Both the position numbers and the translations under genes were made by a program. Under the pieces are notes generated by a model. The model had not been told where the DNA came from. It saw nothing but the letters and a program-made list of their open reading frames with translations, and did not search any database. Of a DNA stretch of 64,000 nucleotides, positions 20,901 to 28,764 are shown piece after piece (the stretch's first letter is position 1; each line of letters opens with the position of its first letter). Source of the stretch: an uncultured virus (IMG/VR IMGVR_UViG_3300025141_012107) (Duplodnaviria > Heunggongvirae > Uroviricota > Caudoviricetes); the IMG/VR virus record IMGVR_UViG_3300025141_012107; one strand, 5' to 3'.

Positions 20901-21843
20901 AATACCCGATAAGGCGAGACTTGTTTACAGAAGCGTGTCGATGAGGAACAACCCTATTCGATACTGGAAAGCACAGCATATCGTCAGAAGTAAGATCTTC
21001 AGCCTTTTTCCACTCGAACTCAAAATCTGATTCTTTTTCTACTAATGCTGTAGCATATGATTCGGTCTGATACGCCCCACCTTTTTGACGTTTTTGAAAT
21101 CTACCATACCCCTTAGGAACCTGAATGGGATCTTCAGTTACCCAGCATTTATCTTGTGTTTTTAAGGTCAAAAATGGATGTTCTTTTGTAACCTTGATAT
21201 CAACAGGGTTGTTTTCGACACTTACTTTAAGTATGTCTTCATTCTCTTTGTCTAAGTGCCGTTGAACATTGATTACTTCTCGTATCTCTCCAGTATGGGA
21301 AATAACGAAATCACCAGCTTGCATTTCCGATATGGGGCGATAAGTTCCATCATTCATCAATACTCTCATATCGGGAGTAAAGCAGCCCATCGAAGAGCCA
21401 TTGATATAGCCTTCTTCGATACCTCTGGCTAAGCGTGGATAGGCCAATTTGTCTATGCGGGATATAATGAAGATGCCATCTTTTTCAGTGTCATACCAAG
21501 CGTGAACGCATTCTCCCTTGGCTTTTTCGATGTCGTCATTCTGATGATTTGTGAACATCGGAACGCCGATAAATGTTTGATAAGACTTCTTCAATTCGGC
21601 AGTTGAAAAGAAGTCTCCATTATCATTGATTTCATTCGCCTTGATCGCAAAGATCTTGACGAACAGGTGATCTGGATGTTTTGCGATTGCCTCTTTAAGA
21701 GAGAACCCGCCCAGTTCTTGGTCCTTCTGGACGGAGGCAAACTTAACATTACTCATGTTGAAGATTTCCCAGCCTTCGGGTTTATTGAGAGCTTGGATAT
21801 CTACTTTGGTATTTTCAGTTGTCGCCGTTTTATAAAAGGCCAT
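14923..21843 (-). CDS. Giant prohead protease / scaffold polyprotein with intein
   Basis: N-terminal NDNGDFF..FTNH..KG..SSMG|C protease-like domain, post-intein Cys cluster and FIEDSFVVNPA, ITExQ repeats, Zn ribbons, long acidic region, helical C-terminus; located between portal and capsid genes. Confidence 0.8.
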   Translation of the reverse strand: MAFYKTATTENTKVDIQALNKPEGWEIFNMSNVKFASVQKDQELGGFSLKEAIAKHPDHLFVKIFAIKANEINDNGDFFSTAELKKSYQTFIGVPMFTNHQNDDIEKAKGECVHAWYDTEKDGIFIISRIDKLAYPRLARGIEEGYINGSSMGCFTPDMRVLMNDGTYRPISEMQAGDFVISHTGEIREVINVQRHLDKENEDILKVSVENNPVDIKVTKEHPFLTLKTQDKCWVTEDPIQVPKGYGRFQKRQKGGAYQTESYATALVEKESDFEFEWKKAEDLTSDDMLCFPVSNRVVPHRHASVNKSRLIGYFLAEGSYVKYKGSKTGVELTFGLEEKTLAQEVSNLLDEEFSNTGKSAKIYERPNKNTITVKFHDKDVAAWFMMNCGEYSYGKELSGSILYWDKEVQAHLLGAYFAGDGCRRRITHWRIGKQYDNLSASTCSEKLAHQLRFVLARLGIYSSLYVKETSNRRTSYHISIGSNESQKLNGYTCDQKVVEGNYRQSWFRHADNFMVMPVKAIETIANDQPVFNLEVAEDNSFIVEGVAVHNCAVDYSCCSVCHNHAHTAEDYCSHIREKKNRKLSGNYKCEYHQSNNKPTDSCPLCGTEKGDKKTLVHQAQQAFEHNFGLKFIEDSFVVNPACHDCLVDCILHKPSVQQKVAELSAQVVKMASNVNDEGFVKVNSELMEKEAGVNELEALKNAMTNMEEVTRSMLSQKEHISMAYVSDLVEAMEKVQDLVDELNEMGYSQLPSPDVVSESEGPALIDPAGPEAPPQAPPEPVATSMPGSETGDLGGVGTITKPKLSNELLNSKKEFIKAASKVTRRIEEVRNTVSNLRDKNMSTTTVSGDNGYSVTFDGSYVTEAKGEEVLKVSHLSELSEDIQSLFGQDVEKAAQTVLENRNSKESETMSDQEKTASIGNPSDDDASQGEVITEKQIRDANDLDLHPRTGDTYEGITESDQQLGLDNEPVNDTTSESPQTRRGTYETITEDQLDVVSEGYIVRWKDMQDVITEKQWNDFSRAVASKLSTDQEEWITEAQLKDLLSSHRFVGTYETITEDQLRNQDYGIKRWASREYAQAVVKVAVGAISDAIAKYNRTPAELTRVASKIQDNDDMREKAAYLTLINALPHKGEDRIAVANNVSYFRKMATKSVETPDSLDAMIFAVADNAQHGLKVEDVYESVSHVLRSKEAMKEVDTIVKTKLSEVHEDEPITDKFSALDDAISGLDGRFRIYASIKEVGADPADKAPFIEACNKFAQAQLGNKKAQVITIEIDPEGAAGSLAIDGVDGPEFMGEDEGPCSDIDLGDEDAADDVVDDVLGEPKPMMGAGVAGGGGAGGAMPVASDDAETKTAARAERTKEAQMFGGEMGGQGGAAQAPGAGASLPQPPDAGAAPVESLSTTPDELGGEEGLEGDLSPLPPGSICPVCGSEDVDVISGKFECNNCGSKGTIKIDVEVWEWSGTTSDEKGAEEAEGFEGEGFEVPEEGEGPQIPVAASTRLTPEALQKLAEGEIELGSVSPATGKNNTIKLENGLRMCMDTGTKYMVQYAVDAKNPKNAYAEWRWVPKIAGDECPSCSRARKELLKGLEALNVAEADFDKMSIREKTDLIMKVKADKNSGLNKLASKVGTVVDDYKKAFSVSGTFPIESCREKLARRFGENALALSGPCEGKPIYDCVCSSLKNADVYTDGLAVKLASIWQDKRDGDEECVEHQVRSGYAIREAVSRCGSLKEALASPVHKFADDLAGLMETDEVEDIPVEVGGIDDLDDEVDPFGGDEVGGEGVEMMEGEGVAQKVIDLITELEKAEPGVTEEVDRGLDEALGESPEDIAAEDHHPDGVVEDAAEDVIDDVVGEKEGIEDEVIEEDNPEVPVGDEFKEGDDDLMEEEARPAETGLFGEEQEQEQEFIQAMNMRSDFGQTGKINMDLSDVIAAIEGENKEAQVTQIQHENVQDSEEVKPYTGGEDAGTIGHEDPPKANDPEVPRDNATIGQEPSDLNPQDKPQPEIPVGSPSMGHEEEQGYTGGDDRYTGGEDGAGTSQAASEEDLQKEAELAAMNGFGNPKDRMNALANRILEAQNKKLEAPKPVDEDEDIQPVQKNEDLAGIPEGSKRKPRGDGDEEALEGVKGEGNVSMMGHEQESMGDKPDSPEDHPEIPADNQLLGHEDENDIDPEKQTRDKGTVIASSDAQESEASMNEAYRVAGKMIQAGLIQSEQLQQKVAELQAYKPAQIKDYEKSLFASQKGFDTASRGIEGKAPVISSEVGDELYKASKPNELSSQLQQLFTLGQRVAAAQADDDAQWKQAYNRQ
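20191..21384 (-). mobile_element. Intein with LAGLIDADG endonuclease (398 aa) in prohead protease
   Basis: Starts CFTPDMRV, block B VTKEHPF, LIGYFLAEG and LGAYFAGDG, ends VAVHN followed by Cys. Confidence 0.92.
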
Positions 21844-21931
21844 ATGGTTTTCCTATTCCATGCGGTACGGATACATACTCTCCTAGAAGAATGTTCAACA
21901 ATGCTTTTCAATTATCCTGCAAAGAGTTACA

Positions 21932-22348
21932 TCAACCACGAACGTGGCGAGGGATTTCAACGTTTTCTAAATCTGTGACTGAAAAATTGGGCTGCCCCTT
22001 GGGGAACGGGATGGCCCATTTAGTGGAAGCATGAGACAATGCCGCCGTCAACGTGCTGAAATATTCTCCATAGGGAGCGTAAATTTCAACCTTCTTATCT
22101 TTAGGATACCGCTTAATACCAGCGAAAAATCTCTTTTTCAACTCTTTCGTACGAGCAGGGCCAACAACCACAAAATAATCACCATCAGAAGTATAATCAT
22201 GACCTTCCCAACGGCGATAAGCCCCTGGCAACTGCTTGTCAAAACGGTTCTTCAACTTGACTGAACGTTCGTGATAATACTCTTTCCAGTTAATACCACG
22301 GTCTTTAATGCGTCGAGGACCGGCCTGTTTAGACAAGTTGAAAACCAT
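21932..22348 (-). CDS. Conserved head-module hypothetical protein
   Basis: 138-aa basic ORF between portal and protease; begins MVFNLSKQA. Confidence 0.75.
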   Translation of the reverse strand: MVFNLSKQAGPRRIKDRGINWKEYYHERSVKLKNRFDKQLPGAYRRWEGHDYTSDGDYFVVVGPARTKELKKRFFAGIKRYPKDKKVEIYAPYGEYFSTLTAALSHASTKWAIPFPKGQPNFSVTDLENVEIPRHVRG

Positions 22349-22356
22349 ATCAGTTC

Positions 22357-24630
22357 CTATTCAGTATCAAAAAATACAACTTCGCCTAAACCATCTGGCA
22401 TAGGCAGATAAGTAATGTTCAATCTATTCATGTCAATTTCCTCGAAAAAGTCTTCCGTCGATGAAACCTTGATGAACGGATTGTCAGATTCTGCCGCCTT
22501 GCGATATCTTTGCTTATGCTCTTCAGCCGCTTCGACGACATTCTCATAGACAATGTCCTGAATCATGTTTGCCTTATCCGTAATTGCATCTTCTCTGAAC
22601 CTTAAGATACGCCATCCTGCCCCAGCTAACTTGTTGTCCCTCTCATCATCTCTTTGCTTCATCTCTGCATTCTCATGCCACATCTGTCCGTCAGCTTCAA
22701 CACCAACGCCAACTTGAGGATAAGCAAAGTCAATAAGGAATGGCTGCTGTTCTCCCGGAAGAGCTACCTTGTATTGGGCAAACAACCCGTAAGGTATGGG
22801 TGAAGACTGAAGCATCTTCATCATCTTTCGTTCCAATGATGTTAACTTAACAAGCTGAACTTGCGGAGACTGTTGCTCGTCTCCGGGCGCAGTACCTTTG
22901 CCTCTCTTGGAGATAAACGGAGGCTGACCACCAGCGGCTGCTCCCATGCCTCCGCCCATTCCTCCACCTGGGGCTCCGCCCATGCCCATGTCGCCACCGG
23001 GGGCTCCGCCCATGCCCCCCATACCCATGTCTCCGCCCATGGCTCCCATATCTCCCGGAGGAGGGCCTCCGAAGCCGCTCATGCCTCCCATGCCTCCGCC
23101 CATGCCCATATCGCCCATACCACCTTGGCCCATAAGCCCGGCAGCACCTTGAACGACTTGTTCTTCTCTTATTCGCTGAATTTCTGTGTCGTAATCAAGA
23201 TTCATTTCCTCAAGAATAGACTGAGCACTAACCATGCCCTTGTCATATCCCTGCATCATGATCTGAACCTTGTTGCTGTTGTCTCGAAGGTTGAGGTCAT
23301 TCCATTTGATGGTTGGATACAGGAAGACGGGTCTTCCCATCATGTTGGATTCTTCTTCATCAATGAAACCTTGCATCATAGCAATAGGCAAAAACAGATG
23401 TTTATGTACCCATTCCGCCAATTGATCTCGCCATGAATCCAAACGACTGATCAAGATTTCAACACCAACTGCTGCACTATTGTATCCAGGTGCTTCGCCG
23501 TTCAGAATTGCTTGGTTAAGCATCAAACCGTCGAGTATCTCTTTGCCGATTTGTTCCAGTTCAGTCGTGATGTTATGAATCTTGCCCGTTGCTCCGTACC
23601 ATTCATAATCAAATGCATGGTGAGTAACAAGCGTTAAGTTCGGATCATTAGCAATCGTTGCCAATTGGTTCTGGATGTCAGCAATATCATCATCGGTTGC
23701 TGGACGATCTTTTTCACCAACCTTAACGACACGAATAGGCAGGATCATTCTTTCAGCCACGATCCAATTCGCCGTCATTAGTTTTGTTTTATAGGCAAGA
23801 ATCGTAAACAAACGACGAAGAATAGAAGTTCCAAACGTACCATATGGACTTGCGTTAAGTCTTATATGACTAACGCTACGATTAGACAATTGGATCGGAT
23901 GACCCATCTGAATCAAGTCAATGATATGAGGTGGAATCTTTTCGAAAACTTCGGCTGGCCAACGTCTACTAATAACTGACTTCAGTTCTTCGTCGGGAAC
24001 CAAACTGATTGTCGGATCGTTGCCAAGAACTGCGCCTTGAGCATCGATGTAATCAGGGTTGAGAATTACGACTCGATTGAATGTGCCATCTGGATGGTTG
24101 CATTGGTCGTTAGTATCAGTATCGATGCCGCCGCCATGACATTTTGGACATGTGATTTCCAAGAATGGAAATACATCTCCAAGCAAAAAGTATTCATGAG
24201 CGATGTATCTAAGAATCTGCGACAGGTTAATGTCTTTGACGAATTGTTCGTAATATTTGAGGATGCGTCGGTTTTTACATTCAAGAGTGAACCCATTGAG
24301 TGGGAACTGGGCGTAGAAATCTACGCCTGCTGCAACTTTTGGTTCGTTCTCATAATAAAACCTTGCCCATTGATAAATTTCACGACGCTTGGATGCAATT
24401 TGCCAGTTCTGGGGAGTATGCAGCGGCGAGAAAAACATTGGCTGCGTCATGATGACGTTCGACCCTGCTCCTAAAAGCTGAGCCGTCTTACTGAATGTAT
24501 GTGAAATGGCGGTACTTTTGCCGAAAGAGCTACCGCTACCATCTGAGGAAGGAACGATACCTCCAGAGGCTATAGCCTTCAAACGTCGGATCTGTTCCGA
24601 CCCATCTCCACTTGTGAAGCGCAATACCAT
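22357..24630 (-). CDS. Portal protein with Gly/Met-rich linker and C-terminal DUF559/Vsr-like nuclease domain
   Basis: WARFYYENEPKVAAGVDFY..P, EYFLLGDVF, PYGTFGTSI portal-type motifs; C-terminal IDFAYP..GVEADGQMWH..RDDERD..L..AGWRILRF. Confidence 0.8.
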   Translation of the reverse strand: MVLRFTSGDGSEQIRRLKAIASGGIVPSSDGSGSSFGKSTAISHTFSKTAQLLGAGSNVIMTQPMFFSPLHTPQNWQIASKRREIYQWARFYYENEPKVAAGVDFYAQFPLNGFTLECKNRRILKYYEQFVKDINLSQILRYIAHEYFLLGDVFPFLEITCPKCHGGGIDTDTNDQCNHPDGTFNRVVILNPDYIDAQGAVLGNDPTISLVPDEELKSVISRRWPAEVFEKIPPHIIDLIQMGHPIQLSNRSVSHIRLNASPYGTFGTSILRRLFTILAYKTKLMTANWIVAERMILPIRVVKVGEKDRPATDDDIADIQNQLATIANDPNLTLVTHHAFDYEWYGATGKIHNITTELEQIGKEILDGLMLNQAILNGEAPGYNSAAVGVEILISRLDSWRDQLAEWVHKHLFLPIAMMQGFIDEEESNMMGRPVFLYPTIKWNDLNLRDNSNKVQIMMQGYDKGMVSAQSILEEMNLDYDTEIQRIREEQVVQGAAGLMGQGGMGDMGMGGGMGGMSGFGGPPPGDMGAMGGDMGMGGMGGAPGGDMGMGGAPGGGMGGGMGAAAGGQPPFISKRGKGTAPGDEQQSPQVQLVKLTSLERKMMKMLQSSPIPYGLFAQYKVALPGEQQPFLIDFAYPQVGVGVEADGQMWHENAEMKQRDDERDNKLAGAGWRILRFREDAITDKANMIQDIVYENVVEAAEEHKQRYRKAAESDNPFIKVSSTEDFFEEIDMNRLNITYLPMPDGLGEVVFFDTE

Positions 24631-24648
24631 AAGTCAATCAATCTCCTA

Positions 24649-25221
24649 TTAACCATCAATGGCAAGTGCTTCGGCTGCATCTTTGGTTTCATCGTCTTGA
24701 CGCCCACCATGAATGGGATCCCATGTCCTATCTATATCTCGACTTATTTGGGTATCTTCCCTTGATTGGGGGCGTGCGTTTTTCAAATCCTGTTCTTCAC
24801 TTTCAACTTCAGGATTCACTTTAGGAATTGCATCCAACTGATCTTCAGCCAATGGATTCTTCTTTTTCCTCTTTGCTTCAATAAACCGTTTAGTTTTGGC
24901 GTCATACAATTCGCCAGAAGCAGCGACGGGAGCGTTTTTGCGTACAAACAGATCCTTAGGCACATAGCGATTCGTCGCCTGACCTGGAGCATTCGGTTGA
25001 TTGGGATGTATCTTGCCTGGTTCTAGCGTCTCATCTCCCCTGATAGGCATGCCACACTGACATACTGATCCGGGGTTTTTGTCGTCTAGATTAGAACCGC
25101 AATGAGGACATGTGCGAACAGCGGAAGAAATATCTTCGCCTCCGAAGAGGTCTTTTTTAGGACGCCCACCGATAGCGTTGTCTTCTCCGCCTTGATTAAG
25201 GTAAGCTTCTTTTAGCTTACT
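24649..25221 (-). CDS. Zn-finger-containing C-terminal extension of the upstream gene, reached by probable -1 frameshift
   Basis: Frame is open and protein-like (..CPHCG..VCQCG MPIRG..) for 57 codons upstream of the first ATG at 25050, beginning at the A10 run. Confidence 0.7.
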   Translation of the reverse strand, partial: SKLKEAYLNQGGEDNAIGGRPKKDLFGGEDISSAVRTCPHCGSNLDDKNPGSVCQCGMPIRGDETLEPGKIHPNQPNAPGQATNRYVPKDLFVRKNAPVAASGELYDAKTKRFIEAKRKKKNPLAEDQLDAIPKVNPEVESEEQDLKNARPQSREDTQISRDIDRTWDPIHGGRQDDETKDAAEALAIDG

Positions 25222-26552
25222 TTTTTTTTTGACCCTTGAGCCTCTTTCCAGTTGAACGGTTCCCCGCTGGTTTGAGGACCATAGCCTCGCTCATCCTTTT
25301 CTCTCATGTCTTCGAGACGAGCTTCAGTTGAGGCGTATTCGGCCAAATAGGGCCTACGACGTTGCCCAGGCTTGAGTTGAATATTATTAGTTTCAGGTAT
25401 GTTCTTATCAGTTTCGAAACGTTTCTGAATGTATCCGCCAACCCATTCGCCGCTTTTATTACGATATGGGCGGCTATACTTATCCATGATCGTGGAACGC
25501 CAGATGTTTTCCCAGTCAATGTTCCAGACATCATCAACAACAAGACCAAAGCCTTTGTTACGTTCAATGATATGCCAATCGGAAACAGGCTGACGAAGGA
25601 ACGGATCGATCTTAGTCTGACCTGGTCCCCATAGGAAAGCGTTGTCCAAAGTCTTATGTTGAGCGGTCTTGCTCAAGTTGAACGACTTAGGCGAATCCGG
25701 CTTATGCTTGTTCACCATGTCTTGAGCAATTTTCTTAATTGTGTCGTTTGGTGTTTGCATGGTTACTTTCTCTCGCATTTCAAAAGTGTCTCTATCGTTA
25801 GGTTGCTGTACTTTCAATGATTCTGCCAAGGCGTAGTCATACACTGCTTGGGCGATACGCATTCTATCTTCTGAAGATTCTGGATCCGACGCCCAATATT
25901 TATCCAACAACGTACCCAGTACATCGGTCTTATTATGTGTCTCACCTTCCATTTCGACGATTTCTTCTGGTCCGATTGGATCAAGCAAAGCATTTTTCGC
26001 ATCTTCCGGATCTTGGCTTTTCCCTTCAAGCCAATCTCTAAGCTCGCTGGAATCATTAAACGCTACCGGCTCTTCTTGTATAAACTGGTCTTGTGCTAGT
26101 CCCTTTTCTGATTGCAATCCTTGCATTTCTATCTCATCTCCACCACCATAGTAGGGATCTACTTCATGAGCCTGCTTCAGGTTGAATGACTTTCTTGATG
26201 CCGTTGCCGCTGGCTGCATAGGTTGTATTGGAACTATTTGTTCCACATCTCCTTGTTGAATATTTTGAGCATTCACAAACTGCTGTACTGCCTGCACGAT
26301 AAACTGCTCATACTTAACCGGATTCGTCGTCACTCCTGGAGGAGCACTGTCCAAAAGTTCTCTAATATTTTCAACTATGTTTTGTACATCTGATGGTGTT
26401 ATCGTCGCCTGCATTTGGGACCCAAGGGTCCTAACTTTTTCAGCAATATACTTGGGATCGAACGGGCCTGTAGCCGGTGTCTGCCCTGGCATTGTTGCAG
26501 GGTTTACATTCGAAGGAGCTACATATCCAGTTTTCGTCCCATAGGTTTTCAT
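25212..26552 (-). CDS. Head-module protein of unknown function (short product of frameshift pair)
   Basis: 446-aa ORF, GGAGG RBS, ends at TCA AAA AAA AAA GTA AGC TAA. Confidence 0.85.
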   Translation of the reverse strand: MKTYGTKTGYVAPSNVNPATMPGQTPATGPFDPKYIAEKVRTLGSQMQATITPSDVQNIVENIRELLDSAPPGVTTNPVKYEQFIVQAVQQFVNAQNIQQGDVEQIVPIQPMQPAATASRKSFNLKQAHEVDPYYGGGDEIEMQGLQSEKGLAQDQFIQEEPVAFNDSSELRDWLEGKSQDPEDAKNALLDPIGPEEIVEMEGETHNKTDVLGTLLDKYWASDPESSEDRMRIAQAVYDYALAESLKVQQPNDRDTFEMREKVTMQTPNDTIKKIAQDMVNKHKPDSPKSFNLSKTAQHKTLDNAFLWGPGQTKIDPFLRQPVSDWHIIERNKGFGLVVDDVWNIDWENIWRSTIMDKYSRPYRNKSGEWVGGYIQKRFETDKNIPETNNIQLKPGQRRRPYLAEYASTEARLEDMREKDERGYGPQTSGEPFNWKEAQGSKKKVS

Positions 26553-27346
26553 TTATCCTCCTGTCCAACGAGTCCGTCGAACAGTTGACTAGTCATACCT
26601 TTTGTCGTTACAGGACCGCTTGCCATTCTGTCCTTTTTACCACGCTGTTCTCGTCTCGCATCAACCGCAAGTTCTCCTTCAGTCTTTTCTGGAACTTCGT
26701 TAAAGTCCATGTTGCCAGCCAATACATCAAATACGCTGATCTGAGATGGGCCGGTTCTACGACTTTCCTTACCAAGAGCAGGACTGGCGGGAGCGATGCT
26801 GGATGGATTGCGAACATCAGTCGAAGCTTCAATTTCGCTGATTTCGTTTTGCTCTTTCACCTTTGCTTCTGCCCTGCGATCCTCAATCTTCCTCTTGCTG
26901 TCTTCGACCTGTTCTTTACTGGTTGGCTGTTCGGCCAGACGCTGTAGTTGTCCAGAGTCCCAGATCGAGTTGCCAAGACCGACGCCCATCTCTCTTTTGG
27001 TTTCGCCATAGTGAGAGACGTTGCCGTCGTTGATTCTGCCAATGCTAGAAGCTTGAGACATGGCATTTTGATGACCGGAGCTTTGATCGAAACGATGAGG
27101 TCTTTGCGATTCCGCATCGGTTTCAGGACTGGCCTTCTTATCAGGAGCGGGAACTTCATTATCCAGGAATGGAATCATATTCTCCATAGCTGCTTTATGA
27201 GGATTTCCCGTCCTCTGAGGAACAAGGTCAATCTTTTCAGGTGGTCGGGCGTTATATTTCTCGTCGATGGATTTCACCTCTTCGGCGAGTTTTTCGTAAT
27301 CGGCTTCTAGGAATCCGATCTTTTTCTCTCCAGATGTTCTATGCAT
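26549..27346 (-). CDS. Hypothetical protein
   Basis: 265-aa ORF coupled to neighbours. Confidence 0.8.
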   Translation of the reverse strand: MHRTSGEKKIGFLEADYEKLAEEVKSIDEKYNARPPEKIDLVPQRTGNPHKAAMENMIPFLDNEVPAPDKKASPETDAESQRPHRFDQSSGHQNAMSQASSIGRINDGNVSHYGETKREMGVGLGNSIWDSGQLQRLAEQPTSKEQVEDSKRKIEDRRAEAKVKEQNEISEIEASTDVRNPSSIAPASPALGKESRRTGPSQISVFDVLAGNMDFNEVPEKTEGELAVDARREQRGKKDRMASGPVTTKGMTSQLFDGLVGQEDK

Positions 27347-28004
27347 GTTTTTCTCCCAGCGATTTGAGTATTTTGATGATCATTTGGCTCTTATTCTCCT
27401 TGATCATCTCTTTGAAGGAAGCGGCTTCAAGCTTTAGGCTGTTGTCGCTACCCTTTGGGGTGCCATATACCTCATCGAGCACATCTTGCTGAACAAGCTG
27501 TTCCTCATCTTGAGGATTCGATGATGTGAAGTCGAGTTCCACCTCTTTATTAGATCGACGGAATTTGAGAAAGTGCATTCCTGCGGTTGACTCAATGCCT
27601 TTAACTAGCCCTTTGAGTTTACTTTTAGGAATGGATTCTCCCGTATTTCCCATAGAGTCGGGAATCTTAACCTTGATGGTAGATTCCCCGTCTGCCGATC
27701 CTTCTTCAGTTACAAATTGAGACTTGAATTCATGAAGACGTCTTGGTTCAAATCCCATCTGAGTAAGAAAGTCAAACACGACCTTAGTAATATTGACATC
27801 TCCCGGCTCTTCAGCTTCTTCCTCACGTAACTCATGATCAACCTCATTACTGAGTTGATCTAGTTCAACAGCATCGGTATCCTCGGCAACACCAACCCCG
27901 CCTTCGCCATCGTAGGGGACAGCTTCCTGCTGGGGTTGAACCATAGGATCGTTGAATTGCTGAGCGAACACCGAACGCAGTTTACCGCTGGGGACGATAG
28001 CCAT
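27339..28004 (-). CDS. Hypothetical protein
   Basis: 221-aa ORF, GGAG RBS. Confidence 0.8.
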   Translation of the reverse strand: MAIVPSGKLRSVFAQQFNDPMVQPQQEAVPYDGEGGVGVAEDTDAVELDQLSNEVDHELREEEAEEPGDVNITKVVFDFLTQMGFEPRRLHEFKSQFVTEEGSADGESTIKVKIPDSMGNTGESIPKSKLKGLVKGIESTAGMHFLKFRRSNKEVELDFTSSNPQDEEQLVQQDVLDEVYGTPKGSDNSLKLEAASFKEMIKENKSQMIIKILKSLGEKHA

Positions 28005-28031
28005 AGTTTATCTCCGAAAGACGTAGGACAA

Positions 28032-28706
28032 TTATTTGTCTTGCAACATTGCGTCTACGTAAGCATCAGGATACAGTTGACCCCAATACGTTCGAAGTCT
28101 GGTCTCCTCCTCATCGGTAAGGTTGGCGATCTTCTTGAAGCGTCCTGAGGACAGCTTCTTCTGATCATCAGCCTCTTCATCGATGCAATCAGTACCAGGG
28201 CCTTGGACTAGCTTTTCTTCAGCCTTGGACTGACCGTTGTCCGGACCTTCTTCGTCTTCCTTCGAATCGGCTTCCTTGACTTCAGCTTCTGCTTCGGCTT
28301 CACAAGGCTTGCAAGCCTTGCCGCACTCCTTGCAGTTGCCGTTGCCGTCTTCTTTTGCGTCATCGCAGGTGCAGCCAGAAGCTTCTTCGTCTTCGTCATC
28401 GTCTTTCTTCTCTTCGTCATCTTTTTTACCGAAGAGTTCTGCCTGATTGCCGCCGAAGTTTTCGACGCCAGCAGCTTCCTTTTCCTTATGGGGCTTAGGT
28501 GTAGACTCGCCCTCTTGGTGGAGGGGCTCTACATCAAGCTGACCACTGGAATCGGCCTCATCATCTTCAGCGGCTTGCTTAGGATGGTCATTGGCCTGAG
28601 CGGTTTTGACTTCTTGCTTCGGTTGGGTAAGCTTTTCAACGTAATCGTTGAATGAAATACCCTTTCCAACGTGGATCGAGTTCGTAACGAACTTGGGTAG
28701 CGACAT
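28032..28706 (-). CDS. Highly acidic, Cys-cluster hypothetical (possible scaffold/internal) protein
   Basis: 224 aa, AGGAG RBS, strong codon bias, KTAQ/KQAA/KEAA motifs. Confidence 0.8.
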   Translation of the reverse strand: MSLPKFVTNSIHVGKGISFNDYVEKLTQPKQEVKTAQANDHPKQAAEDDEADSSGQLDVEPLHQEGESTPKPHKEKEAAGVENFGGNQAELFGKKDDEEKKDDDEDEEASGCTCDDAKEDGNGNCKECGKACKPCEAEAEAEVKEADSKEDEEGPDNGQSKAEEKLVQGPGTDCIDEEADDQKKLSSGRFKKIANLTDEEETRLRTYWGQLYPDAYVDAMLQDK

Positions 28707-28764
28707 ATCTCTTTCTCCTATTGAAAGAAAAGAACTTTACATAAGTTCTGTTTATTTATGGAGT

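Noticed and set aside
22920..23150. GC-rich tandem-like repeats and Pro-rich + strand ORFs
   Set aside because: They simply encode the Gly/Met linker of the portal protein.
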